DNA of 64,000 nt from a virus: positions 5,780-69,779 of the IMG/VR virus record IMGVR_UViG_3300025870_000011; one strand, given 5' to 3'. A program made the position numbers and the translations under genes. The notes beneath the pieces were generated by a model. The model saw nothing but the letters and a program-made list of their open reading frames with translations, did no database searches and was not told where the DNA came from. Positions 26,104 to 36,246 of this stretch are shown here, in pieces (the stretch's first letter is position 1; each line of letters begins with the position of its first letter).

Positions 26104-29100
26104 ATGACAACAAATCTTGACAGATTGAGAACCGATGCAATCATCTCGATCCATCAAGGATCTGATTTTGATTATGATCAATACATTAGTCAATTACCAA
26201 CAGAAAACATATCCAAACAAGATACAGCGACAATGCTTGGGGCTATGCCTCCCGAAATTCCTGAATATCAAATGGTGGATCTAAATGCGCCAATGGCAGT
26301 ATCTCAAATGAAGATACCAAATCACAAAGATTTTCTTGCAGGTCATACCAAAGTATCGAATAATCCTTTGACCGATTGGCCTACTGCTTCTCCTACTAAT
26401 CAGTTTGGAAAACATCATCCTTTTGGCATGGAATCAAACAGTTGCCCGTTGTTGCATGGTGCATCATGGGGTGAACCAGCATATGCAGAACATATCGCTC
26501 ATGCTATGCCTATGTTAAAATCAATAGCAGAAAATGAAAGGCGTTTAAACTTCGATACTCAGATTTTTGGAGATCCAAAAGAATCTATGCACGATTTAAT
26601 GACACGTGATCGAAACAGATACAAAACTCATACAGATGAGGAATATTCCGCAGGCAAGATTGCTGAATGGCAAAAGAGATTTGGTTTGATTCCATATCTG
26701 TTTGGTCTTGAATATAATACGGAAGATCAGCGTAATTCATTCCTTGACATCGTAAAACAAATGGCTACAAAACAACATATGGATTCGCCTGATTCTAAGT
26801 TTTTACAAAATAAAATGCAAGAAAAAGCAGGGATTTCATGGGGTCGTGCATTACGTTCATTTCGAGCAAGATTTATGCCGATGCTCCAATGGTGGCGTAG
26901 AGCCAGTGATCGACACGGACCAATCGCTCCTGGTAAACCAGTTAATTCTGAACTTGAATTGACAAAGAGCGATTCTGATGCTTTATTGCACTTTGTCAGT
27001 CCTTATGTAGAGATACCTCCGATGACCATAGAACCATCTTTTACATCTCATTGGTGGGACTTATTTCAATCATGGGGCGGAGTTGGAAGAGATAGTAAAT
27101 CCCTGCATGATATTTTGAAACAGTCCTATCCAAAGTTATTCAATGGCGGCTGGTTAGATGATGTATTGATGAATCAATCGAATGAAATGTTAAACGTTTA
27201 TTCAACTGATGGGGGAAGTCATTTCCCGCATATCACAAATCATTCAGATGCAAAAATGCATCCCGATCATAAATCATTTACATCAGAATTTGCTGATGCC
27301 GATTTCTTTGAAAAGCGAAGATCTAACTGGAGTCACGCATCTAATTTGCATTTTTTACATCCAAGTGAAATAAAAGGTCAAGGAGGCCGTATGATTATGC
27401 CATCTGATAAAATGATGTTAAGTCGTTTAGGTCGTTCTTTGGCAAGTCAAGCAGATATGGGTTCGCCAAGAATTGGCTTAGGGCGTGAAGAACATCCATC
27501 ATCGAATAAACAATATTGGGATAGTCATAACGCATTGTTCGCTGCAAATGACAAGCACTTAGGGACAGTCATGAAAAACATGGCTCAAAGAGTCATGAAA
27601 CAATTTGGTCCAGAAATTTTAAATCCTACTGATTCAAAAGATATGCAACAGTCTACATTGGCACGTGGCAATCTACAACAGTTGGCTTCTGCCGCAGATT
27701 ATGCTATGAAAAAGGTGAACATGGGTGAAGAATATCGGGCTTTAGCACCTGTATTTGAGAATGGTGGGATCTCTTTGAACATAAAATCATTAGGACCAGT
27801 CAATCCTACATCGTTTGCTACAACCCCTCCTATTTACAATACAGGAAACACACATCTTTGGGGTCATGAAATGCCATCAAATCTAACCTGGAAGTTCGAT
27901 CCTCAAAGCGGAGGCATCAATTTTGGAATGGCTGATGAGCCGTTTAATATTATGCAACGAACAGTTCACGAAAACAAAGTAAAAGAGGTATTGCCTTCGT
28001 TACTCGGAACTAATGTTCAACCAAAACAACAAGACATTTATGCATTAAGCGCAGTAGATCAAAGAGGGCTTTCACCCATTACTACTGGCAGTATTCTAAA
28101 AGCCGATGAATACAAACCAACAGGTGTATTTCAAACCAAAACAATACCTGCGTACACCATTCATAAATTAGATGATATGGATAAGTTGCGTGGATTCTCA
28201 GGCGATTGGATTGTTCAAAAAATGCCAAATGGAAAGCGAATGTTTGTTGAAAAAAGTGGCAATCATTTGAAAAATGCAAATGTTCCTAAAGAAATAAAAA
28301 AGCAATTGAGAGAGATAAAGGGTGATTTTGTATTCGACGCATATCTTGATGATGATACATTAAGAGTTGTTGATTTGTTAGTACATAAGGGTACAGATAT
28401 GGCTCTCGAACCATTAGAAGATCGAGTCAATGCCCTCCGTACATTGTATGATTCAACTGAAAATGTTCACTTCCCCATGCCCACAAATTGTGTATCTACG
28501 GATCAAGAAGGTCTAAACAAAGCGATTTACAATTTTGATGAAGGAGAGGTTCTGATTCGAGATTCAAAATCAACTTTTATGAAAGAGAAAGAAGTTCATC
28601 CTAAATGGATTCGATATGCAAAAGAATCTATTGCTAAATCATTCTATCCCCCAATGCCTGAACTAATTGTTTATCCTGATCAGGTTAAACTATGCTATCC
28701 CTCTATCATTGATCCTGTGGTTGTAAAAGGTGATTTTGATGGTAAAGCATTCACGATTAAACACGTACAAGGTAACGAAGCATTATTTTCAAAGGCTGAA
28801 AGAGATATTCCATTATGGGGTCCTTTAGCAATAAGTCTGTTGAAAGAAGGAGGTGCGGCGACAGGTGGAGGTGCTGCAAATAGCGGTTCTTTCACTTCAT
28901 CTAATACAGGGTCATATCAACCGATCCATTCCTTTTCAAAACGAAAGCGACCACGTAAGTTAAAAATAGCCAAGCAAACAATCTTACGTGCGCCTGCAAT
29001 TATTGGGGAAGACGAGGAAGGAGATGGCGTGGCTCATACGATGAAACACGCTCGTTCTGAAATTACCAGGGATGATAAAACAAAAACAACTGAGGAATTG

Positions 29101-29544
29101 ATTTCTAAAGTAAAAGGACTTAACGAAAAGATGCTTGAAATGTTTGCAGGAGAATATGGTCTTGAGCAAACAGAAAACGGCAATTGGACTGTTAATGAGG
29201 CTATTGATGATGACATCATTGAAAGAATGTTCCCTCGAATGAATAGGATCTCTCCAGATGGCGGAGCGTGGGCAGGTATGCAAGCCGATATTACTGCGCC
29301 AAGAGGACCTACTGAATTGATCGAGGATAGTGGAACTACTTTCTATGATCCAAAAGAAGGCGAAGAAACTGAGGAAATTCCTATGAAGCACTTGCAGGTT
29401 AAAGACAATGCAACTGGAGAAGAAGCAGTTGTTGATATTGAAAATGGCAAGGCTACTCTCAGAATGCCGTTGAAAACGCAACAAGAGATTGCAGATGAAC
29501 AAGAAGTTGATCCCAACGATAGATCAGAAGCAGAAGAAATTTGA
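26104..29544 (+). CDS. 1146-aa multidomain protein containing an ATP-dependent ligase-like nucleotidyltransferase domain
   Basis: Approx. 28100-28620: WIVQKMPNGKR (motif I-like), FVFDAYL (III), VVDLL (IIIa), LEDRVNAL, EVLIRD...HPKWIRY (IV/V). Confidence 0.7.
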   Translation: MTTNLDRLRTDAIISIHQGSDFDYDQYISQLPTENISKQDTATMLGAMPPEIPEYQMVDLNAPMAVSQMKIPNHKDFLAGHTKVSNNPLTDWPTASPTNQFGKHHPFGMESNSCPLLHGASWGEPAYAEHIAHAMPMLKSIAENERRLNFDTQIFGDPKESMHDLMTRDRNRYKTHTDEEYSAGKIAEWQKRFGLIPYLFGLEYNTEDQRNSFLDIVKQMATKQHMDSPDSKFLQNKMQEKAGISWGRALRSFRARFMPMLQWWRRASDRHGPIAPGKPVNSELELTKSDSDALLHFVSPYVEIPPMTIEPSFTSHWWDLFQSWGGVGRDSKSLHDILKQSYPKLFNGGWLDDVLMNQSNEMLNVYSTDGGSHFPHITNHSDAKMHPDHKSFTSEFADADFFEKRRSNWSHASNLHFLHPSEIKGQGGRMIMPSDKMMLSRLGRSLASQADMGSPRIGLGREEHPSSNKQYWDSHNALFAANDKHLGTVMKNMAQRVMKQFGPEILNPTDSKDMQQSTLARGNLQQLASAADYAMKKVNMGEEYRALAPVFENGGISLNIKSLGPVNPTSFATTPPIYNTGNTHLWGHEMPSNLTWKFDPQSGGINFGMADEPFNIMQRTVHENKVKEVLPSLLGTNVQPKQQDIYALSAVDQRGLSPITTGSILKADEYKPTGVFQTKTIPAYTIHKLDDMDKLRGFSGDWIVQKMPNGKRMFVEKSGNHLKNANVPKEIKKQLREIKGDFVFDAYLDDDTLRVVDLLVHKGTDMALEPLEDRVNALRTLYDSTENVHFPMPTNCVSTDQEGLNKAIYNFDEGEVLIRDSKSTFMKEKEVHPKWIRYAKESIAKSFYPPMPELIVYPDQVKLCYPSIIDPVVVKGDFDGKAFTIKHVQGNEALFSKAERDIPLWGPLAISLLKEGGAATGGGAANSGSFTSSNTGSYQPIHSFSKRKRPRKLKIAKQTILRAPAIIGEDEEGDGVAHTMKHARSEITRDDKTKTTEELISKVKGLNEKMLEMFAGEYGLEQTENGNWTVNEAIDDDIIERMFPRMNRISPDGGAWAGMQADITAPRGPTELIEDSGTTFYDPKEGEETEEIPMKHLQVKDNATGEEAVVDIENGKATLRMPLKTQQEIADEQEVDPNDRSEAEEI

Positions 29545-29586
29545 ACCTATTCCTTCATATAGGATTACACTTGATGAGATGGTTTA

Positions 29587-30945
29587 ATGGCAACAGTCCT
29601 TGAACACAAATCGGCATCATGGAGTGCCGAAGGTTCAGATTTCTTGTTGAAGTCCTCTGGAAGCGGAGGGGAACTTTATGTTGCTGGCTATGCATCTGTT
29701 GATATGGTCGATAAGCAGGGAGATAGAATCCCTACAAACGCTTTGAAAAAGGCATTTGGGCAATTCATGGGTAACAAAGCATTCCGCAATGTGCAGTTGG
29801 CTCATTCAGGAATCCAAGTCGGTGAAGTAGTAAATGATCACACCGATTCAAATGGACGTGTTTGGAAATCAGAAGTTGATGATCACGGACTTTTCGTTGT
29901 GTGCAAGATTCGCAGCGATATTCAGAAAGCACGTGAAGTGCAGAAACAAATTCGTAGCGGAGATCTACGAGCATTCTCGATTGGGGGTCAAGCCCTATTC
30001 CGTGTTAGTAAAACAACACCTGAACTTGGCAACCATCGAGAGATTACCGATCTTGAATTGCATGAAATAACGCTATGCAAGAAAGGAATCAACCCCGAAT
30101 CGACTTATACGATACTAAAAATGGAAGACGATAACATGAGCAACACAGAAGTTTTGAACGAAATAAAAGCAGGATTGAGCGAAGTTCTCAAAGAACTAAG
30201 CGATAAAGAAGATGAAAAAGGCGACATGAAGTCCTATAAAGAAGAAAAAGGATCTTACATGGAAGATGATGACGATAGCGACACAAGAAAGTCTCAAGAA
30301 GCCGCATTAGATTATGTTACCACTCTCGAAAAATTTGCACACGAAGCAGGAGTAAACTTAAACGGACTTCGCGACCACTTTGGTTTGGAGAAGGCATACC
30401 TTCTCGAACAAGGTCGTGGAGGCTACAACCATCGTGGACAAGGTGATGAGATCGGATCTGGCGAAGATGCAACTGAGCCTTCTTATCCTTCTCTCCCAAG
30501 TCCTGGTGGCAATCAACACGTCATCAAGTCTCCAAGTGTGCGAAACATGAACATGAACGCACCAAATGGTAACGGGAATGTCATCAAGTCTTTGACTCCT
30601 GATGTTCTCGAAAAGGGCTACCGACATTATGCTTCTCTTCGTGATGAAGAAGCAGTAAAGGGGCTTGTTGAGAAAGAATGGCAAAACCGATACGATGCTG
30701 AAACACAACAGGCTCTTGAAGTTCGCAAGGCAAACGATGTTGGACTCCAACTAAATGCCCTCCGTAACGAAATTTCATCCCTTAAGAATGAAAACGCATC
30801 TCTTCTAAAGAGCGATGTTACACCTACTTCCCCCACAACAACGATCCGTGTGCCAACTCATTCCGAGTTTGCACAGATGGGCAATGACCTTGACGGATGG
30901 CGAGCCGCAGAAGCACTCGCTGCTAAAGCATTGAGGGGCGAGTGA
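29587..30945 (+). CDS. HK97-type prohead protease with C-terminal scaffold-like region
   Basis: VAGYASVDMVDKQGD, LAHSGIQVG (His), AFSIGG (Ser), LHEITLCKKGINPES; acidic coiled-coil C-terminus. Confidence 0.92.
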   Translation: MATVLEHKSASWSAEGSDFLLKSSGSGGELYVAGYASVDMVDKQGDRIPTNALKKAFGQFMGNKAFRNVQLAHSGIQVGEVVNDHTDSNGRVWKSEVDDHGLFVVCKIRSDIQKAREVQKQIRSGDLRAFSIGGQALFRVSKTTPELGNHREITDLELHEITLCKKGINPESTYTILKMEDDNMSNTEVLNEIKAGLSEVLKELSDKEDEKGDMKSYKEEKGSYMEDDDDSDTRKSQEAALDYVTTLEKFAHEAGVNLNGLRDHFGLEKAYLLEQGRGGYNHRGQGDEIGSGEDATEPSYPSLPSPGGNQHVIKSPSVRNMNMNAPNGNGNVIKSLTPDVLEKGYRHYASLRDEEAVKGLVEKEWQNRYDAETQQALEVRKANDVGLQLNALRNEISSLKNENASLLKSDVTPTSPTTTIRVPTHSEFAQMGNDLDGWRAAEALAAKALRGE

Positions 30946-30972
30946 AACTCAAAATAAATGGAGATGACTAAG

Positions 30973-32142
30973 ATGACACAAGGATATATTAGAACAATCG
31001 AAGACATGGAACGCCTTTACTATGGTGCTGGCGCAGGAACAAACGCATGGGCATACAGCGGAACAGACTTACTCAAGGCTGATTCACCGTTGATGTCCTC
31101 AACCGCTGGAACTTACCAAGCGATCTTTGGTCGTAAGGTTTGGTCACAACTCAACCAAGAATTTAACGCATTTTCAATCCTCCCAAAGAAACCTTGGGAA
31201 AAGAGTGGATGGCGTGTTGTTACTGGCAAGCCTGATGACGCTGTTGGGCTTCCTGAAAACGGAACACTTCCTGATTCAACCAAGCCAACTTTTGAAGAAG
31301 TAGCCACCAAGCCAAAGACTGTTGCGAGCAAGTTCGACCTGAGCGAAACCGCAATGTTCCTTGCAGACAAGGATGATGGTCTTGGCGATGCAAGAGCCGT
31401 CATTAAGATGGAAATGTCAAAATCTCACGCAGAGTCAATCAACAAGATGCTTTTGAAGGACTTTGGAGACAACGCTACAAACGGCGGTGGACTTGCAGGT
31501 AACTCCTTTGAATCTCTTGATCGAGCAACTTCTTCTTCCCTTTCAGAAACGGCTGCTTTTGCTGAGGTCGATAACCTATCGGCTCACAATATGTATTCAA
31601 TTACACGCAACTCTACTGGAACACGAAGTTGGTTTGATGCTAACGTCGATGTCGGTGGAAATGGTGCTGAACGTCCTCTAACTCTTAACATTCTTGACGG
31701 TATGTTCCGTGAAGTTTGGGAGCGTGGTGGTCAGCCAAAGGTTATGCTAACAGGCTATGACACCATTGAGAAGATCCAACAACTCTTGCAGCCGCAACAA
31801 CGTTTCACTGAAATGAAGCGTGTTACGCCATCTGTAAACGGTGTTCAAGGAATACCTGGAATGGAAGGTGGATTTGTCGTCGCTACATACAACGGTGTCC
31901 CGATCATCCCTGCAAAGGACGTTCACGCACCATCTGGTGGACTATCTCGCATCTATATGCTTGATACAGACTATATGTATTTCTGCACAGCAAAACCAAC
32001 TCTTTACCACGAAAGTGGAATTGAAACTGGCGACCCATTCGGTATCAACCGTCTTGGTCAAGTCGGACTCTTCCACACAATGGGTGAACTTTGGCAACTC
32101 TTCTATGGCGCACACGGCAAGGTCAGAGATCTTAGTGCATGA
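30973..32142 (+). CDS. major capsid protein (HK97 fold)
   Basis: Directly downstream of the protease; about 390 aa; 'YQAIFGRKVWSQLNQEFNAFSILPKKPWEKSGWRV', 'YNGVPIIP', C-terminal 'HGKVRDL'. Start could also be 30958 or 30964. Confidence 0.9.
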   Translation: MTQGYIRTIEDMERLYYGAGAGTNAWAYSGTDLLKADSPLMSSTAGTYQAIFGRKVWSQLNQEFNAFSILPKKPWEKSGWRVVTGKPDDAVGLPENGTLPDSTKPTFEEVATKPKTVASKFDLSETAMFLADKDDGLGDARAVIKMEMSKSHAESINKMLLKDFGDNATNGGGLAGNSFESLDRATSSSLSETAAFAEVDNLSAHNMYSITRNSTGTRSWFDANVDVGGNGAERPLTLNILDGMFREVWERGGQPKVMLTGYDTIEKIQQLLQPQQRFTEMKRVTPSVNGVQGIPGMEGGFVVATYNGVPIIPAKDVHAPSGGLSRIYMLDTDYMYFCTAKPTLYHESGIETGDPFGINRLGQVGLFHTMGELWQLFYGAHGKVRDLSA

Positions 32143-32173
32143 GGATAAAAAAAAAAATTGGAGATGATTTAGA

Positions 32174-32578
32174 ATGGCAAGCGCAAACCTAACAGAAGCA
32201 AGCACAACAGTAGTATTTAGCCTCCCTATGTGGGCAGGTGTAGCAGAACGAGATGACACGTCTTGGTTGCAGACCCCTATTGGGTCAAATGCAGCCATTG
32301 GCGCAATCCGCATGGGTTGTGTTGATGTAACAGCAACAGCAGCAACAACCAACACAACATTGGACTTTGCAGATGCTAATACACCTACGGCAGTAACCTC
32401 TCGAATTAACCCTGCACAGATTATCGCTGTTCTTTCAGTTGTAAACAAAACATCAGCAGCAGCAGGCGATATTCCAAACATTGGATTCGGTGCAAAGACG
32501 ATCTCTTTCGATACAGATACTGGCGGAGACACAGACGTTCACCGATTGACTTTCCTATACCGAGAAACCATCGCTTGA
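32174..32578 (+). CDS. putative capsid decoration/minor structural protein
   Basis: Ala/Thr-rich beta-type protein immediately after the MCP. Confidence 0.45.
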   Translation: MASANLTEASTTVVFSLPMWAGVAERDDTSWLQTPIGSNAAIGAIRMGCVDVTATAATTNTTLDFADANTPTAVTSRINPAQIIAVLSVVNKTSAAAGDIPNIGFGAKTISFDTDTGGDTDVHRLTFLYRETIA

Positions 32579-32588
32579 GGCGATTCTC

Positions 32589-32945
32589 ATGGGAATTAAA
32601 GTCCAATACGTGGGCGGAAGATCTTACACCGAATTCAGAACGGCAAACGGACCTATTGGTTTCGCACGTGGAATGACACGTGAACTTTCTGATTCAGATG
32701 GTCTTGTAGTCAAAAAACTCGTTGATGATGGATCAACTATGTGGCAAATCATTGGTGACGAACCTACTCAAACAGATGCTATGAAATCTGCAATTGAGCC
32801 GACTGTCGAAGAACCAGGAGAAGAAGCAGAGATCGATTACAATGAACTTTCAAGGGCTAAACTAATGGCTTTGTGCAAGGAACGTGGCATTGCTGTTAAG
32901 AACACCTCGAAGAAAGCAGAACTCATTGAACTTTTGTCGGCATGA
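32589..32945 (+). CDS. protein with C-terminal HeH/Rho-N/SAP-like domain
   Basis: DYNELSRAKLMALCKERGIAVKNTSKKAELIELL. Confidence 0.7.
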   Translation: MGIKVQYVGGRSYTEFRTANGPIGFARGMTRELSDSDGLVVKKLVDDGSTMWQIIGDEPTQTDAMKSAIEPTVEEPGEEAEIDYNELSRAKLMALCKERGIAVKNTSKKAELIELLSA

Positions 32946-32959
32946 TCAGGTGATTTACC

Positions 32960-33481
32960 ATGACAGGCAACAGGCAAACATTGACTGATGGAGAGAATTA
33001 CCTCAGTCGTTGCCGTGTTAATCGTCATGTTGTTGAAATCTCAGGTGCTACCCCCTCAGTTCAAGTCCGAATGAACGGAAAGGTTTCAAAGGTCATTATT
33101 GATGCAACAGGGGCAACAACGGCTGGCTCAACTGCTAATGTAGGGGAAATACAATTTTTCATGGATGTTGAAACAGATGGGGGAGAACCGCATCCTTATT
33201 TCGACAAAATATCAAAATTGAACTATACAGGATCTGGCGGAGATATGGTTTCAATGCACGAAGTCACGCAAGGATCGAATCAAGGAACTGCCAACGCAAA
33301 GAACTCACTTCACTTTTCAGTCTCAACCACCGCTGCCTCCGAATCAGGGGCTGGCGCAATTAACGAACCCGCAGCCTGGAACGGACTTGTTTGTGGAAAT
33401 GTTAGGATTACTGTTGGTTGCACAGCACCAGCAGCATTATTGCCTCCCTCCGTTATCCGAGTCATTATCCTTACGGAATAA
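32960..33481 (+). CDS. putative structural beta-rich protein
   Basis: SD AGGTGA; Gly/Thr/Ala-rich; within the morphogenesis block. Confidence 0.5.
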   Translation: MTGNRQTLTDGENYLSRCRVNRHVVEISGATPSVQVRMNGKVSKVIIDATGATTAGSTANVGEIQFFMDVETDGGEPHPYFDKISKLNYTGSGGDMVSMHEVTQGSNQGTANAKNSLHFSVSTTAASESGAGAINEPAAWNGLVCGNVRITVGCTAPAALLPPSVIRVIILTE

Positions 33482-33530
33482 GCATCTATTATGAAAAGGG
33501 ATATAAACAAAGACACATTGAGGAATAAAC

Positions 33531-33845
33531 ATGGCATTGACAGTCACACAAGAAGGAAGAGATAACGTAAGCGGTTCACGAAAAACCGTTGTATTGAAAG
33601 TAGTGCCTGATATTTCATGGCTTGCTGCTGGCGAAGAACTTGATCTTAATAATTACGTTAAGACAATTGAATCTATTTCTCTTGACGGTGGCGCAACTGG
33701 CTATGTTTGGCAATATGACCGAACCAACAAAAAGTTACTCGCTTTTGAAGCGGGTGCTGATGGTGCAGCATTGGATCAAGTAGCAGATGCAACTAACCTT
33801 TCAACTCACACCGTCTTTATCACTGTGACTGGCCGACGTGCATGA
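33531..33845 (+). CDS. putative structural protein
   Basis: TATAAA about 25 nt upstream; beta-rich, 104 aa. Confidence 0.5.
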   Translation: MALTVTQEGRDNVSGSRKTVVLKVVPDISWLAAGEELDLNNYVKTIESISLDGGATGYVWQYDRTNKKLLAFEAGADGAALDQVADATNLSTHTVFITVTGRRA

Positions 33846-33858
33846 GGGGGAATACCCC

Positions 33859-34173
33859 ATGCCACGTCTTGAAGTCGGTGAAATTGACCTTGAAACTTCT
33901 TTAGAGATAAAGAAGAGAAGGAACACTCGTATGTTTGAAATGGCAACGAGTCAAGGATCAATTGGCGAAAAAGATTCTCCGTTCAGTAAAAAGAATATGG
34001 ATCGTGCAGGTACATCTTTTGTTAAAGTTACAAAACAACAAGCACAGGACATTCAAAACATAGGCTCTGGAACACGCTGTATTGCGTGTGGGATGCTCCA
34101 CTTCTGTTGGACTCCCGAATGTGCCGTATGCGGGGAAGCAATGCACTACAACTTAGGAGGACACCACCAATGA
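33859..34173 (+). CDS. C-terminal Zn-ribbon protein
   Basis: CIACG...CAVCG; ATG at 33859 after GAGGGGG. Confidence 0.65.
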   Translation: MPRLEVGEIDLETSLEIKKRRNTRMFEMATSQGSIGEKDSPFSKKNMDRAGTSFVKVTKQQAQDIQNIGSGTRCIACGMLHFCWTPECAVCGEAMHYNLGGHHQ

Positions 34174-34379
34174 GCAAAGAAGATCATACACCAAATACCG
34201 AAGAAAAAGCATTTCAGAAGTCATGGGAAGATATTATCAAATTTGGTGATTGTCCCGTATGTCATGGTGATCCTATGGCTTGCCCAACACCAGATGTACC
34301 TGCGTCGTTTTGCAGAACTCGAAAGAACGCAATTAAACATATGAGAGTACGGGCAGTACCGCCGATGCGCCGCCTATGA
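34170..34379 (+). CDS. small Cys-rich protein carrying the tag FQKSWEDIIK
   Basis: ATGA overlap, SD AGGAGG; CPVC...CP...C after the tag. Confidence 0.6.
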   Translation: MSKEDHTPNTEEKAFQKSWEDIIKFGDCPVCHGDPMACPTPDVPASFCRTRKNAIKHMRVRAVPPMRRL

Positions 34380-34392
34380 GGGGGAATCGGTT

Positions 34393-35976
34393 TTGCCACA
34401 AATCTTCAATCCGGGTCACAGGCCAAGTTCACCGCTATACCCCGATGATTTGGTATATTGTTCTGTTGATGATGTGGCAAACTTCCTTCAATTGCCATTA
34501 CCTGATCCCGTAGCGTTATCAGGAAATAGTAGCATCGTTTCAACAGATTTAAAGTTGCCAATAACAGGTGCAAATTATCGTCGTTGGAAAATTGAGGCAG
34601 GAACCTCGATCACCGTTTATGATGATGCAGATTCTCTTGGCAAGACTTATACTGTGAACAGCGTTGAAAGTGCAGGTGGAGGCAACATAAATGTCATCGT
34701 AACAAAGAAAGGTGCAGAAGCATTCACTACTGCCAATAGCGCACAGATCCAAATCAATTCGGCTTTAACCAATAGCACAGAACGAGGTTTGACTAAATCA
34801 CAGGTTGAAACGCTCATTCGTGAAAAACAAGATTACATTGATACAGTATGTCGAATGGCATGGCGACCTCATTTAGTGTCGGATGAATACCAAAATTTCA
34901 CTACGTTCAAACCATATCGAAGAAGATACTATACTGATTATGTCGGTGCTGTTTATTTGAGAAACAGATCGATACAACGTATTCTTCGTTTAGGCGTTTG
35001 GCAAGGAGATAAATATAGAGAGTTGGGTTCATCTATCATAAAATTAACAGTAAAAGCAAGTGCTGTTGGTGCAAGTGATAAGATTTTCTTATGTCCTGGT
35101 GTCGCTCACACGGCCACTTTACAACGTGGTAAAACTGCAACCACATGGGATGGAGATTTTGGCGATAAAACAACTGCACAAAACATTTCCAATCTAATCA
35201 ATAAAGATGGTGCAACAAGTAGGGGAGATGTCCCAATTGGAACTCTACAAGAAAATAGCGTACAATTGAATGTTGATGATGAATTTTTGGCTACTGCAAA
35301 CAGTGATGATGGAGATGGCGTTATTATGATTTCATCTATGCGATCAACGGAAGAAGGCCAAGATACAACCATAGCCGTTTCTAATCCTGATGCCTTCGCT
35401 TTTGATTTGATGCTAAATCCATCAAGCACAATTACAAATGTTGCAGGTTCTAACTTCACTTTATCTACTGCAACTGATTTTACCTTGCGTGAGAGTTTAG
35501 TATTTTACACAACAGGAGGCAACACATACATTGCTCGATGTTCTCGCAATGGAAATGTATTCACAGTTACGGATGATACCTTGACTACTAACTTTGTTGC
35601 GAATTTAGCAGAAGGCATTGAAATCAAACAATTCCGTTTGAAAACTGATGTTATTGATGAAGCACGTCAAAAAGATTGGTGGTCAATGGAAGATAATGGG
35701 GCGATCATGTTCAATAATCAATACCCTTTCTATGAAAATCATTCTCTGAAAGTGTCTTACATATTTGGGGAACGTTATTTAGACAAGGTTATCAAAGAGG
35801 CTTGTATTAAACTGGTTTGTATGGATATTTACCTTACTGATGATTACACGGTTTTGTTTCCAGAAGGAACGAGTAACATCGATCTAAACGCTAAAATTCA
35901 GAAACTGGATGAAGAAGTCAAGCGTATGTTGATCCCATATCAAGAATCAATTATAGTTGCGGGAATGGGTGGTTAA
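34393..35976 (+). CDS. head-tail adaptor (gp6/gp15-like) with large beta-rich insertions
   Basis: N-terminal YCSVDDVANFL, 'QDYIDTVCRMAWR', and C-terminal 'KVSYIFG...IKEACIKLV' adaptor pattern. Confidence 0.65.
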   Translation: MPQIFNPGHRPSSPLYPDDLVYCSVDDVANFLQLPLPDPVALSGNSSIVSTDLKLPITGANYRRWKIEAGTSITVYDDADSLGKTYTVNSVESAGGGNINVIVTKKGAEAFTTANSAQIQINSALTNSTERGLTKSQVETLIREKQDYIDTVCRMAWRPHLVSDEYQNFTTFKPYRRRYYTDYVGAVYLRNRSIQRILRLGVWQGDKYRELGSSIIKLTVKASAVGASDKIFLCPGVAHTATLQRGKTATTWDGDFGDKTTAQNISNLINKDGATSRGDVPIGTLQENSVQLNVDDEFLATANSDDGDGVIMISSMRSTEEGQDTTIAVSNPDAFAFDLMLNPSSTITNVAGSNFTLSTATDFTLRESLVFYTTGGNTYIARCSRNGNVFTVTDDTLTTNFVANLAEGIEIKQFRLKTDVIDEARQKDWWSMEDNGAIMFNNQYPFYENHSLKVSYIFGERYLDKVIKEACIKLVCMDIYLTDDYTVLFPEGTSNIDLNAKIQKLDEEVKRMLIPYQESIIVAGMGG

Positions 35977-36246
35977 ATGCTATTTATCTTTATGCAAATG
36001 TATTTGGAAGAACTTCAAAAATCTTTCAAAGACATAGCCAACTCAACTGAGGCCGCTATTACTGGAGAGGCCGATTATCGCAAACAAAACAAACAACGTG
36101 AGATCGCAATGGCTGAGGCAGATGGTATTGAAATGAGTGATGAAGATATTGAAAACAATGTGGCTATATTGTCTGAATCAAGCCCTCATAAAATGAAAGT
36201 AGAACGGGATTTTCAGCGAATGTTAAAGGTGATGCAAAATGGCTAA
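35977..36246 (+). CDS. hypothetical protein
   Basis: 89 aa, coupled to flanking genes. Confidence 0.55.
   Translation: MLFIFMQMYLEELQKSFKDIANSTEAAITGEADYRKQNKQREIAMAEADGIEMSDEDIENNVAILSESSPHKMKVERDFQRMLKVMQNG

Noticed and set aside
32147-32157. A11 run after the MCP as a terminator
   Set aside because: Archaeal terminators are U-rich on the sense strand; this run is A-rich and has no hairpin.
31942-32532. Antisense ORFs (e.g. 31942-32532, 28984-29502, 40081-40647)
   Set aside because: They are shadows of well-supported + strand genes, without SD sites or motifs.
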